Source of the DNA: Pigmentiphaga sp.
GTDB lineage: Bacteria > Pseudomonadota > Gammaproteobacteria > Burkholderiales > Burkholderiaceae_B
Length of the DNA: 64,000 nt
NCBI RefSeq assembly: GCF_033795525.1
Contig: NZ_JARYGM010000001.1
Location: forward strand, 206,614-270,613
Direction: 5' to 3'
The notes under the pieces were generated by a model. The model did no database searches. It was not told the DNA's origin and saw only the letters and a list, made by a program, of their open reading frames with translations. The position numbers and the translations under genes are program-made. The number at the start of each line of letters is the position of its first letter. Position 1 is the first letter of the stretch. Shown piece after piece: positions 35,588 through 43,981 of the stretch.

Positions 35588-36544
35588 CTAGTCTTCCAAC
35601 AAACCGAGTTCCTGGATCTTCTGCCGGTAGACGGCGTCCTGTTCGGCGATGAGCCGTTCGAATTCCGGCCTGCCAGATGCGTTGAGTTCGAAGCCCGCGG
35701 CGCGCGCCGCCTGCGAGACCTCTTTGCTGGCCAGGGCCTTGTTGACGATCGCATGAAGCCGTTCGGCCGTGGCGGACGGCACGCCAGCGGGGCCGAACAA
35801 CCCGGCCCACGGCACGATGTCCAGGGCGGGAACGCCCAGTTCGGCCAGCGTAGGCGTATCCGGCAGCAGTTCCGTGCGCCGCGATCCCATAACGGCCAAG
35901 GCGCGCAATCGGCCGTTCTCTACGTGGGGAACGCCCATGGTCGTTGCAACGATGGCTTGCACGCGGCCGGCAATGATTTCCTGGATAGCCGGCGGCTCCC
36001 CCTTGAAAGGAATGCGGGTCATCTCCAGCCCCGATTTCTGGCTGAGGTGGGCAAAGGCCATCAGGTTGGTGTTGGAGCCAGTTCCATAGTTGTACTGGCC
36101 CGGCTTGCGCTTGACCTGGGCGACGAACTCCGCGTAGTTGCGTGCCGGAAAGCTGGCGCTCGTGTACAGCAGATAGGTGTAGCGCCCGATGTCGGCGATG
36201 GCGGTAAAGTCCCGGCGGGCTTCATAAGGCGGCTGACGGCGGATGTGCGGGGCAATGGACAGATTGCCCGACGTAGCGAACAACAGCCGGCAACCATCGG
36301 GTTTGGCCTTGAGCACGTCGAGCGCCGCGATCTGGCCTTCGGCGCCGGGCTTGTTCTCCACGACGACGGCCGTGGTGAGCTGCGTCCCCATGTCCTTGGC
36401 CAGCGCACGGGCGATCGTATCGGTGGTCGACCCGGCCGGGAACGGCGCAACCAGCGTGGTGACGGGGCAGTCGGCCGCTTTCGCGGCAGGGGCGGCCGCG
36501 AGCAGGGACAGGACGGCGCTGCGGGCGAATCGGGCGATAAGCAT
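35588..36544 (-). CDS. Bug-family (TctC-like) substrate-binding protein
   Basis: Signal peptide, then TLVAPFPAGSTTDTIARALAKDM...VVENKPGAEGQIAA. Confidence 0.85.
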   Translation of the reverse strand: MLIARFARSAVLSLLAAAPAAKAADCPVTTLVAPFPAGSTTDTIARALAKDMGTQLTTAVVVENKPGAEGQIAALDVLKAKPDGCRLLFATSGNLSIAPHIRRQPPYEARRDFTAIADIGRYTYLLYTSASFPARNYAEFVAQVKRKPGQYNYGTGSNTNLMAFAHLSQKSGLEMTRIPFKGEPPAIQEIIAGRVQAIVATTMGVPHVENGRLRALAVMGSRRTELLPDTPTLAELGVPALDIVPWAGLFGPAGVPSATAERLHAIVNKALASKEVSQAARAAGFELNASGRPEFERLIAEQDAVYRQKIQELGLLED

Positions 36545-36570
36545 CGAAAGGTCTCCCAATCGGTTGGCGC

Positions 36571-37566
36571 TTAGAGTTGTTCGATCTTTGCGCTCTTGAC
36601 GATGCGCGACCACAGTTCGATCTCTTCCTTCTGGCGGGCGCGGAGCGTAGCGGCTCCGCCGGTCGGGACTTCCGCGCCGCGGTCAGTGAAGAACTTGCGA
36701 GTGGCCGGGTCATCGGCGATCTTGGCGAATAACTGTTCGAGCTTGGCAAGCCGGGCCGCAGGAACCCCGGCCGGCGCAACGGCCGCGACCCAGGTAGAAG
36801 CCACGAAATCGGGAAGGCCGGCCTCGGCGGTGGTCGGCACATTGGGCAGGAGCGCCAGCCGTTCCTTGGAGGCCACAGCCAGCGCCTGAGCCGTCCCGCC
36901 TTGCACCGACCCCAGCGCGCTCGTCGCGTCGACGATCGAGAAATCGACCTCCTTGCCGATAAGCGCATTGAGCGCCGCGCCCACGCCCTTGTAGGGAATC
37001 GCGCGAGCGGTAAAGGAGGCCTTTTCCTGGAGCAGTTCGCCCATCAGCTGGTAGCTCGTCGCACCGGCGGAGTAGTTCAGCGAATCGGGTTTGGCGCGGC
37101 CCACCCTCACCAGCGTCTCGATGCTGGAACGCTCGGAGCCCGCAGGCACGGCGATGACGCTCGGCACCGAAGCCATCATGCCCAATGCCGCCAGATCCTT
37201 GAGCGGGTCGTAAGGGAGGGCGCGGTACAGCGCGACGTTGGTCGCCAGGATGGAGGTCGTTCCTATCAGGATCGTGTAGCCGTCGGGCCGCGCGTTCAGG
37301 ACGGCGCCCACACCTATGAGCCCATTCCCGCCCGCTCTGTTCTCCACGACGACCGACTGGCCGGTTTCCTCGCCCAACCGCATGGCGTAATAGCGGGCGG
37401 CAATGTCGGTGATGCTGCCCGGCACGAACGGGACGACGAACTTGATCGCATGGGAGGGAAAATCGTCGGCCGCTGCCGTACCGCTCGCGGCGCTAACCGC
37501 TATCGCGAAAGCAAGGGCCAGCATGCGAGAGGGCAAACCGGCGCGAGGGCGGTGGGAAAAGAACAT
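36571..37566 (-). CDS. Bug-family (TctC-like) substrate-binding protein
   Basis: Signal peptide, then IKFVVPFVPGSITDIAARYYAMRL...VVENRAGGNGLIG. GGAGAC SD present. Confidence 0.85.
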   Translation of the reverse strand: MFFSHRPRAGLPSRMLALAFAIAVSAASGTAAADDFPSHAIKFVVPFVPGSITDIAARYYAMRLGEETGQSVVVENRAGGNGLIGVGAVLNARPDGYTILIGTTSILATNVALYRALPYDPLKDLAALGMMASVPSVIAVPAGSERSSIETLVRVGRAKPDSLNYSAGATSYQLMGELLQEKASFTARAIPYKGVGAALNALIGKEVDFSIVDATSALGSVQGGTAQALAVASKERLALLPNVPTTAEAGLPDFVASTWVAAVAPAGVPAARLAKLEQLFAKIADDPATRKFFTDRGAEVPTGGAATLRARQKEEIELWSRIVKSAKIEQL

Positions 37567-37885
37567 GATCGTCTCCTGTGCGGCTGCCGACGCAGCCATA
37601 GCCTTGTTGTGAGGCTATGGTAGGAGGACGGTCTATGCTCGTCCAACACTTAAATTCGCACGATTGAGACCTGATGAGTCTTTATTCTGAACGACTGATA
37701 AGGACCGACGGCAGTACATCGCCCAGTTCCGACATGGCCTCCGCTAATGACAATAGTTAGTGCGCATCGCCGATAGGGAAGGAATTCGAAGCTATTCGCC
37801 TTGATGAGCGACGACCGGCTTTTGCGTGAGCTTAGCGCCTAAGGCAAACTCTGTGCGATGCAAAGCACCGCGAACGGGAGACCCC

Positions 37886-38697
37886 ATGTCCAAGCCACCG
37901 GATCTCGATGCATATTTCGGCCGTATCGGCTATGTCGGCGCCGCTACCCCTACGGCCGACACGCTGCGCAACCTCGTCCTGCACCATGTGCGGACCATCG
38001 CCTTCGAAAGCGTCGACCCTTTCCTGGGCCGGCCGGTCAGCCTGGCACTCGCCGACATCGAGCAGAAACTGGTCCACGGCCGCCGTGGCGGTTACTGCTA
38101 CGAGCACAATGGCTTGTTCGGCGCGGTGCTGCGTGCGCTGGGTTTCAAGGTGACGACGCTGTCGGCGCGAGTCTTGTGGGGGCAGCCAGAAGACGCTACC
38201 GTACCGCGCGCCCACATGCTCTTGAAGGTGGAGCTGGGCGATGCGCCGCTGATCGTGGACGTCGGGTTCGGCGGCCAGACCCCCACGTGCCCGCTAAGGC
38301 TGCACACCGATCTTCCCCAGCCCACGCCCCACGGCCATTGCCGACTGCTGTCCGACGAGCAGGGCTGGCGGCTGCAGGCCGATGTGCGAGGTGAGTGGCG
38401 CACCCTGTACCGGTTCGGCATCGAGCCGGATTTTCCGCCCGATTACGAGATAGCCAATTACTACCTGTCCACGCATCCGGAATCGCCTTTCGTATCGAAC
38501 CTGATCGCAGCACGCGCCACCGCCCAAGGCCGGCTGGCCTGCACAACCGGGACTACACGCGTTACGGCGCGGATGGCAGCGCCGTGCGCCGCAGGCTGGA
38601 AAGCGCCGCAGAGATCAGGGAAGTGCTGCGCCGCGAATTCCTGGTGGAACTGCCGCATACCGCCGAAGGCGACCGTAAACTGGACGCGCTTCCCTAG
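37886..38697 (+). pseudogene. arylamine N-acetyltransferase (NAT), frameshifted
   Basis: DLDAYFGRIGY, RGGYCYEHNGLF (catalytic Cys) and LIVDVGFGG lie in one frame up to ...ATAQGRLA at about 38539. The expected C-terminus LHNRDYTRYGADGS...LVELPH continues in the -1 frame to the TAG at 38695-38697. Confidence 0.75.
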
Positions 38698-38809
38698 GGG
38701 GCAGCGTCGCTCCCACGTCAGCCGGCCTATAATCCTACGATCGGGCGGCAGCACCCTGTGCGCCGAACACGCCGGCGCCACGCCGCCGGCCACTACCATT
38801 CAAGGCCCC

Positions 38810-39196
38810 ATGGAGACCACCCACCGGCTGCGTCGATGTCTCGCCTGGCTGGCGCTTTGCGCCATGTGCCTAGGGGTCTTCGCGCCGGTTGTTTCGCAGT
38901 GGTTGGCGAATGCGCGAACCGTCGTATGGGTCCACATCTGCAGCGAGGCCGGCGCAGCGCCGGTGGCGATCGCCGTATCGCACGGACACTCGCCGAAGGC
39001 CCCGGCCGTTGGGGATGGCTACTGCCCTTATTGCACCCTGGCGCAGCATTGGCCGTTCGCGCCGCCAATGTCCGCCGGCTCGATCCCGCCTCCCCAGGGC
39101 GCTACGCTGGCCTATGCCGGCTCGGCGCTTCCTTCCCCGTCCCTTGCTCCGCGCTGGCACGCGCACGCACCGCGCGCGCCGCCCCTTCTTTCCTGA
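38810..39196 (+). CDS. cruR: DUF2946-family CruR-like copper-responsive upstream ORF
   Basis: N-terminal hydrophobic helix, CPYC at 39023-39034, and a C-terminus ...HAPRAPPLLS* with RAPP at 39173-39184. It precedes a TonB receptor and a PepSY gene. Confidence 0.65.
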   Translation: METTHRLRRCLAWLALCAMCLGVFAPVVSQWLANARTVVWVHICSEAGAAPVAIAVSHGHSPKAPAVGDGYCPYCTLAQHWPFAPPMSAGSIPPPQGATLAYAGSALPSPSLAPRWHAHAPRAPPLLS

Positions 39197-39300
39197 TCCG
39201 TCCCGATACGCCCATGGTGCGGCCTGCGTGGCGGCCTCCATGGCGCCAGCTTGCGCGCGCGTGATGCGCGCGGGGTAGTCATTCGCTTGAGGAGGGGAAA

Positions 39301-39723
39301 GTGCATCCGGCCTGGACGGTGATGCGCGGACTCGCAGGTAGACACTGGCATTGCGCCGCCTGGTGGCTGGCGCTGGCGGTGTTCGTCCTCAAGGCCACGA
39401 TTCCGCAGGGATTCATGCCGGGCAAAGCCGACGGCCGGGAAGCGTTCGTCGTCCTGTGTTCGGCGGGTGGCCCGCTGCCGTGGCGAATAGCGCTTCCGGG
39501 CGGGGACACCGGGGACGATGGTCCGACCCCGGTGCATGTTCTGGATCTGGCTTGCCCGTTTGCAGCGGCCGCAACGCCGGGACTGCTTGCCGGCCCGGGC
39601 CCAGGTCTGACGGGCAGCCTGCGCGTCGCCTACCTGCTTCCAGCTCCAGCGTTTACGTCGCAGTGCGCCGTCCAGCCGGCCCGTGCGCCACTGGGCGCGC
39701 GGGCGCCGCCGCATTCCGCGTGA
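39301..39723 (+). CDS. second DUF2946-like ORF ending in a RAPP motif
   Basis: GTG start after GAGGAGGGG. TM helix AAWWLALAVFVLKA and the LKATIPQGFMPG...VVLCSAGG pattern. C-terminus ...GARAPPHSA* with RAPP at 39700-39711. Confidence 0.55.
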   Translation: MHPAWTVMRGLAGRHWHCAAWWLALAVFVLKATIPQGFMPGKADGREAFVVLCSAGGPLPWRIALPGGDTGDDGPTPVHVLDLACPFAAAATPGLLAGPGPGLTGSLRVAYLLPAPAFTSQCAVQPARAPLGARAPPHSA

Positions 39724-39789
39724 AGACCCGAGACCGGGCCGGGCGCGTTGCCTGGCCCTCTTCCCACGATCTTCTACCGGAATGCTGCC

Positions 39790-41940
39790 ATGAAGCTCTC
39801 TTTTCGCGCCGCGGCGCGCCGCGCGCCTTCGGTGCGCGCCTCCCTGTACTGGCTTTGCCTGCCGCCCTTGGTTCTCATTGCCCAAGCGGGCTGGGCCGAG
39901 GATACCCCTGTCACGCTCCCTTCGATTTCGGTCACGGCGGAGCCCGAAACACCGCTGGACCAGCCTGCCTCGACGGGATCGAATCTGCCGTTGACGCGGC
40001 GGGAGACGCCAGCCAGTGTCGATGCGATCACGCGTGCCCAGCTCGACGAACGCGGCGATACCCGGCTGACCGACGCCATCATCCGCGCGCCAGGCTTCAG
40101 TTCTATCGGCCACCCTGGCAACGGCGGCTCCGGGCTGTCGGTACGCGGCTTTACCGATGCAGCATCGGTAATGCAGCTCTACGACGGCATACGCCAATAC
40201 GGACAGATTGGCGTGACGTTTCCGTTCGATACGTGGGCGGTGGACCGTATCGAGGTGCTGCGCGGGCCGGCTTCGGTCATCTACGGCGAAGGCGCGATCG
40301 GCGGCGTGGTGAACGTGATTCCGAAGAAACCGCGCCGCGGACCAGTCGAGAACCAGATCCGCGCCACGCTCGGAACGGATGCGACGCGGGGGCTGGCTTT
40401 TGGCAGCGGCGGCTCGATCGACGAGCAGTTCTCGTATCGTTTCGATATCAGCGGCGACCGGTCGGCCAACTGGGTGGATCGGGGCGATTCGCGCAACCTG
40501 GCGATGTCGGGGGCGCTGCAGTGGGAGCCATCGCCCGACTTCCGCCTCAAGCTGAGCCATGCCCAGGGCTGGCAGCGGCCGATGCGGTATTTCGGCACGC
40601 CGCTGGTGGACGGGCGGCTGGATGATGCCTTGCGCGGGAAGAACTACAACGTGGATGACGCGCTGATCCGCTACAACGACCAGTGGACCGAGCTGTCGGC
40701 GGAATGGACGCCGAACGATGCGACCACGGTGCGCAGCCGCCTCTACCGGATCGGCAGCCGCCGCCACTGGCGCAATGCGGAGTACTACGATTACCTGCCG
40801 GCCACCGGCCTCGTCCAGCGCTCGTCCTACACCGAGATCCTGCATGACCAGTGGGAGATCGGCAACACCACCGATGCGACGTTCAAAGGCCGCCTGCTGG
40901 GCCTGCCCAGCCAGGTATCGGTAGGGGTATCGCTCAGCCACAGCGCGTTCCGGCACACCAACAATTCGCCTTATGCGGGCACGTCGGAGGTCGACCCTTA
41001 CGACGTCGATCCTGGCCACTTCGTGAACGTCGCGGGCACCTCTCCGCGGTATCGGAACGGGGCTTGGCAATACGCGGTTTTCGGCGAAAACCGGTTGGCG
41101 CTGACGGATAAGTGGTCGGTGCTGGCCGGGATCCGTTATGACCATGCGGAGGTCGCGCGCCGCGACCTGGTCCTGGGCCAGGAGACGCTGTCGCGTTCGT
41201 TTTCCCACGTCGGCTGGCGGGCAGGTACGGTGTACGACCTGACGCCGGACCTGGCCCTCTATGGCCAGTATGCCGAGGCCGCCGACCCTATCGGCGCGCT
41301 GTTGATGCTGTCTCCCTCCAACGGCCGCTTCGACCTGGCCAGCGGCCGGCAGGTGGAGCTGGGCATCAAGCAGACGTTCTGGGGCGGCAAGGGCGACTTC
41401 ACACTGGCGGGCTATCACATCGTCAAGAAGAATCTGGTGACCGCCGACGTGGCCGATCCCTCGGTCAGCGTTCAAGTCGGCCAACAATCGTCGCGTGGCA
41501 TCGAAGCCACCCTCGGCCTGGAATTGGCCTCCGGCTGGCGGCTGGACGCCAACGCCGCGCTGCTGCGTGCCCGCTACGACGACTTCACCGAATCGGCGGG
41601 CGGCGTTGCGGTTTCGCGCGCCGGCAACACCCCTGTCAACGTCCCGGAACGTCAGGCCAGCATGTGGCTGAGCTGGCGCTTCCTGCCTGCCTGGACTGCC
41701 AGCGCCGGCATGCGCTACGTGGGGCGGCGCTTTGCCGACCGCGCCAATACGTTGGAATTGCCGTCATACACGGTGGCGGACCTGTCGCTGCAATGGCAAC
41801 CGCGGCGCGACACGACCATCTCATTGCGCGGCTTCAACGTATTCGACCGCGACTATGTAACCACCGCCTATTACCACCCCACGCAATGGCTCTATGGCAG
41901 CGGCCGGCGCGTGGAGCTGACCGTGCTCCATCGATTCTAG
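39790..41940 (+). CDS. TonB-dependent outer-membrane receptor (copper/siderophore type, BfrG-like)
   Basis: Signal peptide, TonB-box-like TPVTLPSISVTA, plug motifs (VDAITRAQLDERGD, GLSVRGF, IEVLRGPASVIYGEGAIGGVVNVI) and a C-terminal ...VELTVLHRF. Confidence 0.9.
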   Translation: MKLSFRAAARRAPSVRASLYWLCLPPLVLIAQAGWAEDTPVTLPSISVTAEPETPLDQPASTGSNLPLTRRETPASVDAITRAQLDERGDTRLTDAIIRAPGFSSIGHPGNGGSGLSVRGFTDAASVMQLYDGIRQYGQIGVTFPFDTWAVDRIEVLRGPASVIYGEGAIGGVVNVIPKKPRRGPVENQIRATLGTDATRGLAFGSGGSIDEQFSYRFDISGDRSANWVDRGDSRNLAMSGALQWEPSPDFRLKLSHAQGWQRPMRYFGTPLVDGRLDDALRGKNYNVDDALIRYNDQWTELSAEWTPNDATTVRSRLYRIGSRRHWRNAEYYDYLPATGLVQRSSYTEILHDQWEIGNTTDATFKGRLLGLPSQVSVGVSLSHSAFRHTNNSPYAGTSEVDPYDVDPGHFVNVAGTSPRYRNGAWQYAVFGENRLALTDKWSVLAGIRYDHAEVARRDLVLGQETLSRSFSHVGWRAGTVYDLTPDLALYGQYAEAADPIGALLMLSPSNGRFDLASGRQVELGIKQTFWGGKGDFTLAGYHIVKKNLVTADVADPSVSVQVGQQSSRGIEATLGLELASGWRLDANAALLRARYDDFTESAGGVAVSRAGNTPVNVPERQASMWLSWRFLPAWTASAGMRYVGRRFADRANTLELPSYTVADLSLQWQPRRDTTISLRGFNVFDRDYVTTAYYHPTQWLYGSGRRVELTVLHRF

Positions 41941-41949
41941 GAGACGCCT

Positions 41950-43512
41950 ATGCTGACGCGATCGCGTGGCAAGCGCGCCATTTACCTGATCCACCGATGG
42001 ACCGGCATCGCCGCCTGCCTGCTGATGGTGGCTTGGTTCGCCAGCGGCATGGTCATGCTGTTCGTAGGCTACCCCAAGCTCACGCCTTGGGAACGGCTGG
42101 GACACTTGCCCGACCTGCCGGCTGGTCCATGCTGGGCGCCGGTGGAACGGGCGCTGGCCGCAAGCGCCGATCCGGCCGCCGTCACCGAAATCATGCTGAC
42201 AACGGTGCGCGGCCGGCCGACTCTGCGCCTGCGGGAAGGCGACGGCCGCTATCTCGCCGTCGATGCGCGGACGGCCTCGCCCATGCCCCCCGCGGATGCA
42301 GGCGACGCGGTCGAGAGCGCACGCGCCTATCTGCCCGGCGTAGGCGCCCGCTACCTCGGCTCGGTAGACGAGGACCGGTGGACGCATTCAGCCACGCTGA
42401 ATCCCCATCGTCCGCTGCACAAGGTCCAGATGAACGACCCTGCCAGCACGCTACTTTATGTGTCATCGGCCACGGGGGAAGTCGTGCTGGACGCGCCCCG
42501 CGCGCAACGCCTGTGGAACTACGCCGGCGCATGGCTCCATTGGCTCTATATGTTCCGAGACCGGCCCGTCGACCCGGGATGGAGCTGGCTGGTCATCTCG
42601 CTCTCCGCAATGGGGACCATGGTGTCGGTGACCGGCACGGCAGCCGGTCTTTGGCGCTGGCGTTTCCGCGGCACCTACAAGTCGGGCGCCCGCTCGCCTT
42701 ATCGCGACGCTTGGCTGAGATGGCACCACATCGCCGGCCTTGTGTTTGCGGGGATCACCTTTGCGTGGATCTTCAGCGGACTGATGTCGATGAACCCGGC
42801 CGGCCTGTTCCACCCCTCGGGCCTGCGGCCGGACCTCGCCGCCTATCGCGGTGCGACGCCCGGCCAGTCGCGGCCCACGCTGGACCTGACTGAGGTTACC
42901 GCGGCCTTGTGGGAGCAAGGGTTCGAGCCGCGCGAAATCGAATGGCGGGTATTGGGGGGCCGGCCCTACTTGTTGGCCCGCGACGGCGCCGGCCACACCC
43001 GCCTGGTCACCGGCGATGCCGGCGCAATGAGAATTCTTGGACAATGGTCGCCACCCCAGCTGAAATACGCCGCCACGCGCTTGCTTGCCGCGCCCATCGC
43101 CGCCTATCGCCGGCTCGACGACTACGATGCCTACTACTATGGCCGGGAGCCGGAAGCCATGATGGGCGCGAGCGAACGCCGGCTGCCAGTCTGGCGTGCG
43201 CAGTTTGCAGACGCCAGCAAGACCTGGGTCTATCTGGATCCGTATACCGGCGACCCGGCATTGAGCGTGGACGGGCGGCAGCGCCTGGGCCGATGGCTAT
43301 TCAATTTCCTTCACAGCTGGGACCTGCCGCCCATGCTCGCGGCCGGCGTCTGGCGGGAGGCGGTGCTGATCCTGATGAGTCTGGGCGGCCTGGCCTTGAG
43401 CGTGACCGGGACTGTCATCGCGTACCGGCGGGTACGGATGGCGGCGCGCCGCCCTGGGCGGGGCCGGACTAGCCTTGCGGCGCCGCCGGCACGGTATCCA
43501 CCGCCGCAATAA
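41950..43512 (+). CDS. PepSY-associated TM-helix protein (PiuB-like)
   Basis: IYLIHRWTGIAACLLMVAWFASGMVML, repeated HxW motifs (LHWLYMF, LRWHHIAG, NFLHSWD) and four TM segments. Confidence 0.85.
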   Translation: MLTRSRGKRAIYLIHRWTGIAACLLMVAWFASGMVMLFVGYPKLTPWERLGHLPDLPAGPCWAPVERALAASADPAAVTEIMLTTVRGRPTLRLREGDGRYLAVDARTASPMPPADAGDAVESARAYLPGVGARYLGSVDEDRWTHSATLNPHRPLHKVQMNDPASTLLYVSSATGEVVLDAPRAQRLWNYAGAWLHWLYMFRDRPVDPGWSWLVISLSAMGTMVSVTGTAAGLWRWRFRGTYKSGARSPYRDAWLRWHHIAGLVFAGITFAWIFSGLMSMNPAGLFHPSGLRPDLAAYRGATPGQSRPTLDLTEVTAALWEQGFEPREIEWRVLGGRPYLLARDGAGHTRLVTGDAGAMRILGQWSPPQLKYAATRLLAAPIAAYRRLDDYDAYYYGREPEAMMGASERRLPVWRAQFADASKTWVYLDPYTGDPALSVDGRQRLGRWLFNFLHSWDLPPMLAAGVWREAVLILMSLGGLALSVTGTVIAYRRVRMAARRPGRGRTSLAAPPARYPPPQ

Positions 43513-43981
43513 GGCCGTCCTCGGTGTGATGCACCACGAGGATGCGCGCGCTTTCCATCCGGGCCAGCAGTTCGGCCGACACGCCGAAGCCCGTGGCCAA
43601 CCGCTCTGGCTTCATGGGAGCCGGGGCGCTGCGCCGGTCCAGGCCGCGAAAGCGCCGCCAGTTGTACCAGGCCCAGGCGAATAGGATCAGCGCGTTGATG
43701 ACGGCCAGCGCGGCATACACAGCCAAGGTCCGCATCGTCGGGAATGCGCCGGACCAGAACGGCGCGTCCAGCCCCGCCATCCGCCCTTCAACGACTGCGA
43801 TCATGCCGCGCGCGAACAGATAGAGGAACACGATCCACGCGATCGCCGTCAATACGACGTCCAGAAGGTAGCGCAGCCGCGTCCGCTTGGTCGTGATGAC
43901 CATGGTCGAGGCGTCGATCGCCACCCGGGGCTCGCCGGCGGCCGGCGCATCCAGCTTGGTGGGAGGAGGAACGAGACTCAT
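43469..43981 (-). CDS. pgaD: poly-beta-1,6-N-acetylglucosamine biosynthesis protein PgaD
   Basis: Two TM helices plus a WYNWRRF motif. ATGA-coupled to pgaC. The 3' end overlaps the PepSY gene by 44 nt. Confidence 0.8.
   Translation of the reverse strand: MSLVPPPTKLDAPAAGEPRVAIDASTMVITTKRTRLRYLLDVVLTAIAWIVFLYLFARGMIAVVEGRMAGLDAPFWSGAFPTMRTLAVYAALAVINALILFAWAWYNWRRFRGLDRRSAPAPMKPERLATGFGVSAELLARMESARILVVHHTEDGLIAAVDTVPAAPQG

Noticed and set aside
37826-39196. Single 456-aa ORF.
   Set aside because: It is a composite: the NAT N-terminal two-thirds, about 90 aa of out-of-frame read-through, then the in-phase DUF2946 ORF. I split it into a NAT pseudogene and a separate cruR-like CDS.
39241-39254. 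TGGCGC-cagc-TTGC upstream of the second DUF2946-like ORF.
   Set aside because: The spacer is 4 nt rather than 5 (GG-N9-GC), so it does not fit -24/-12 geometry.
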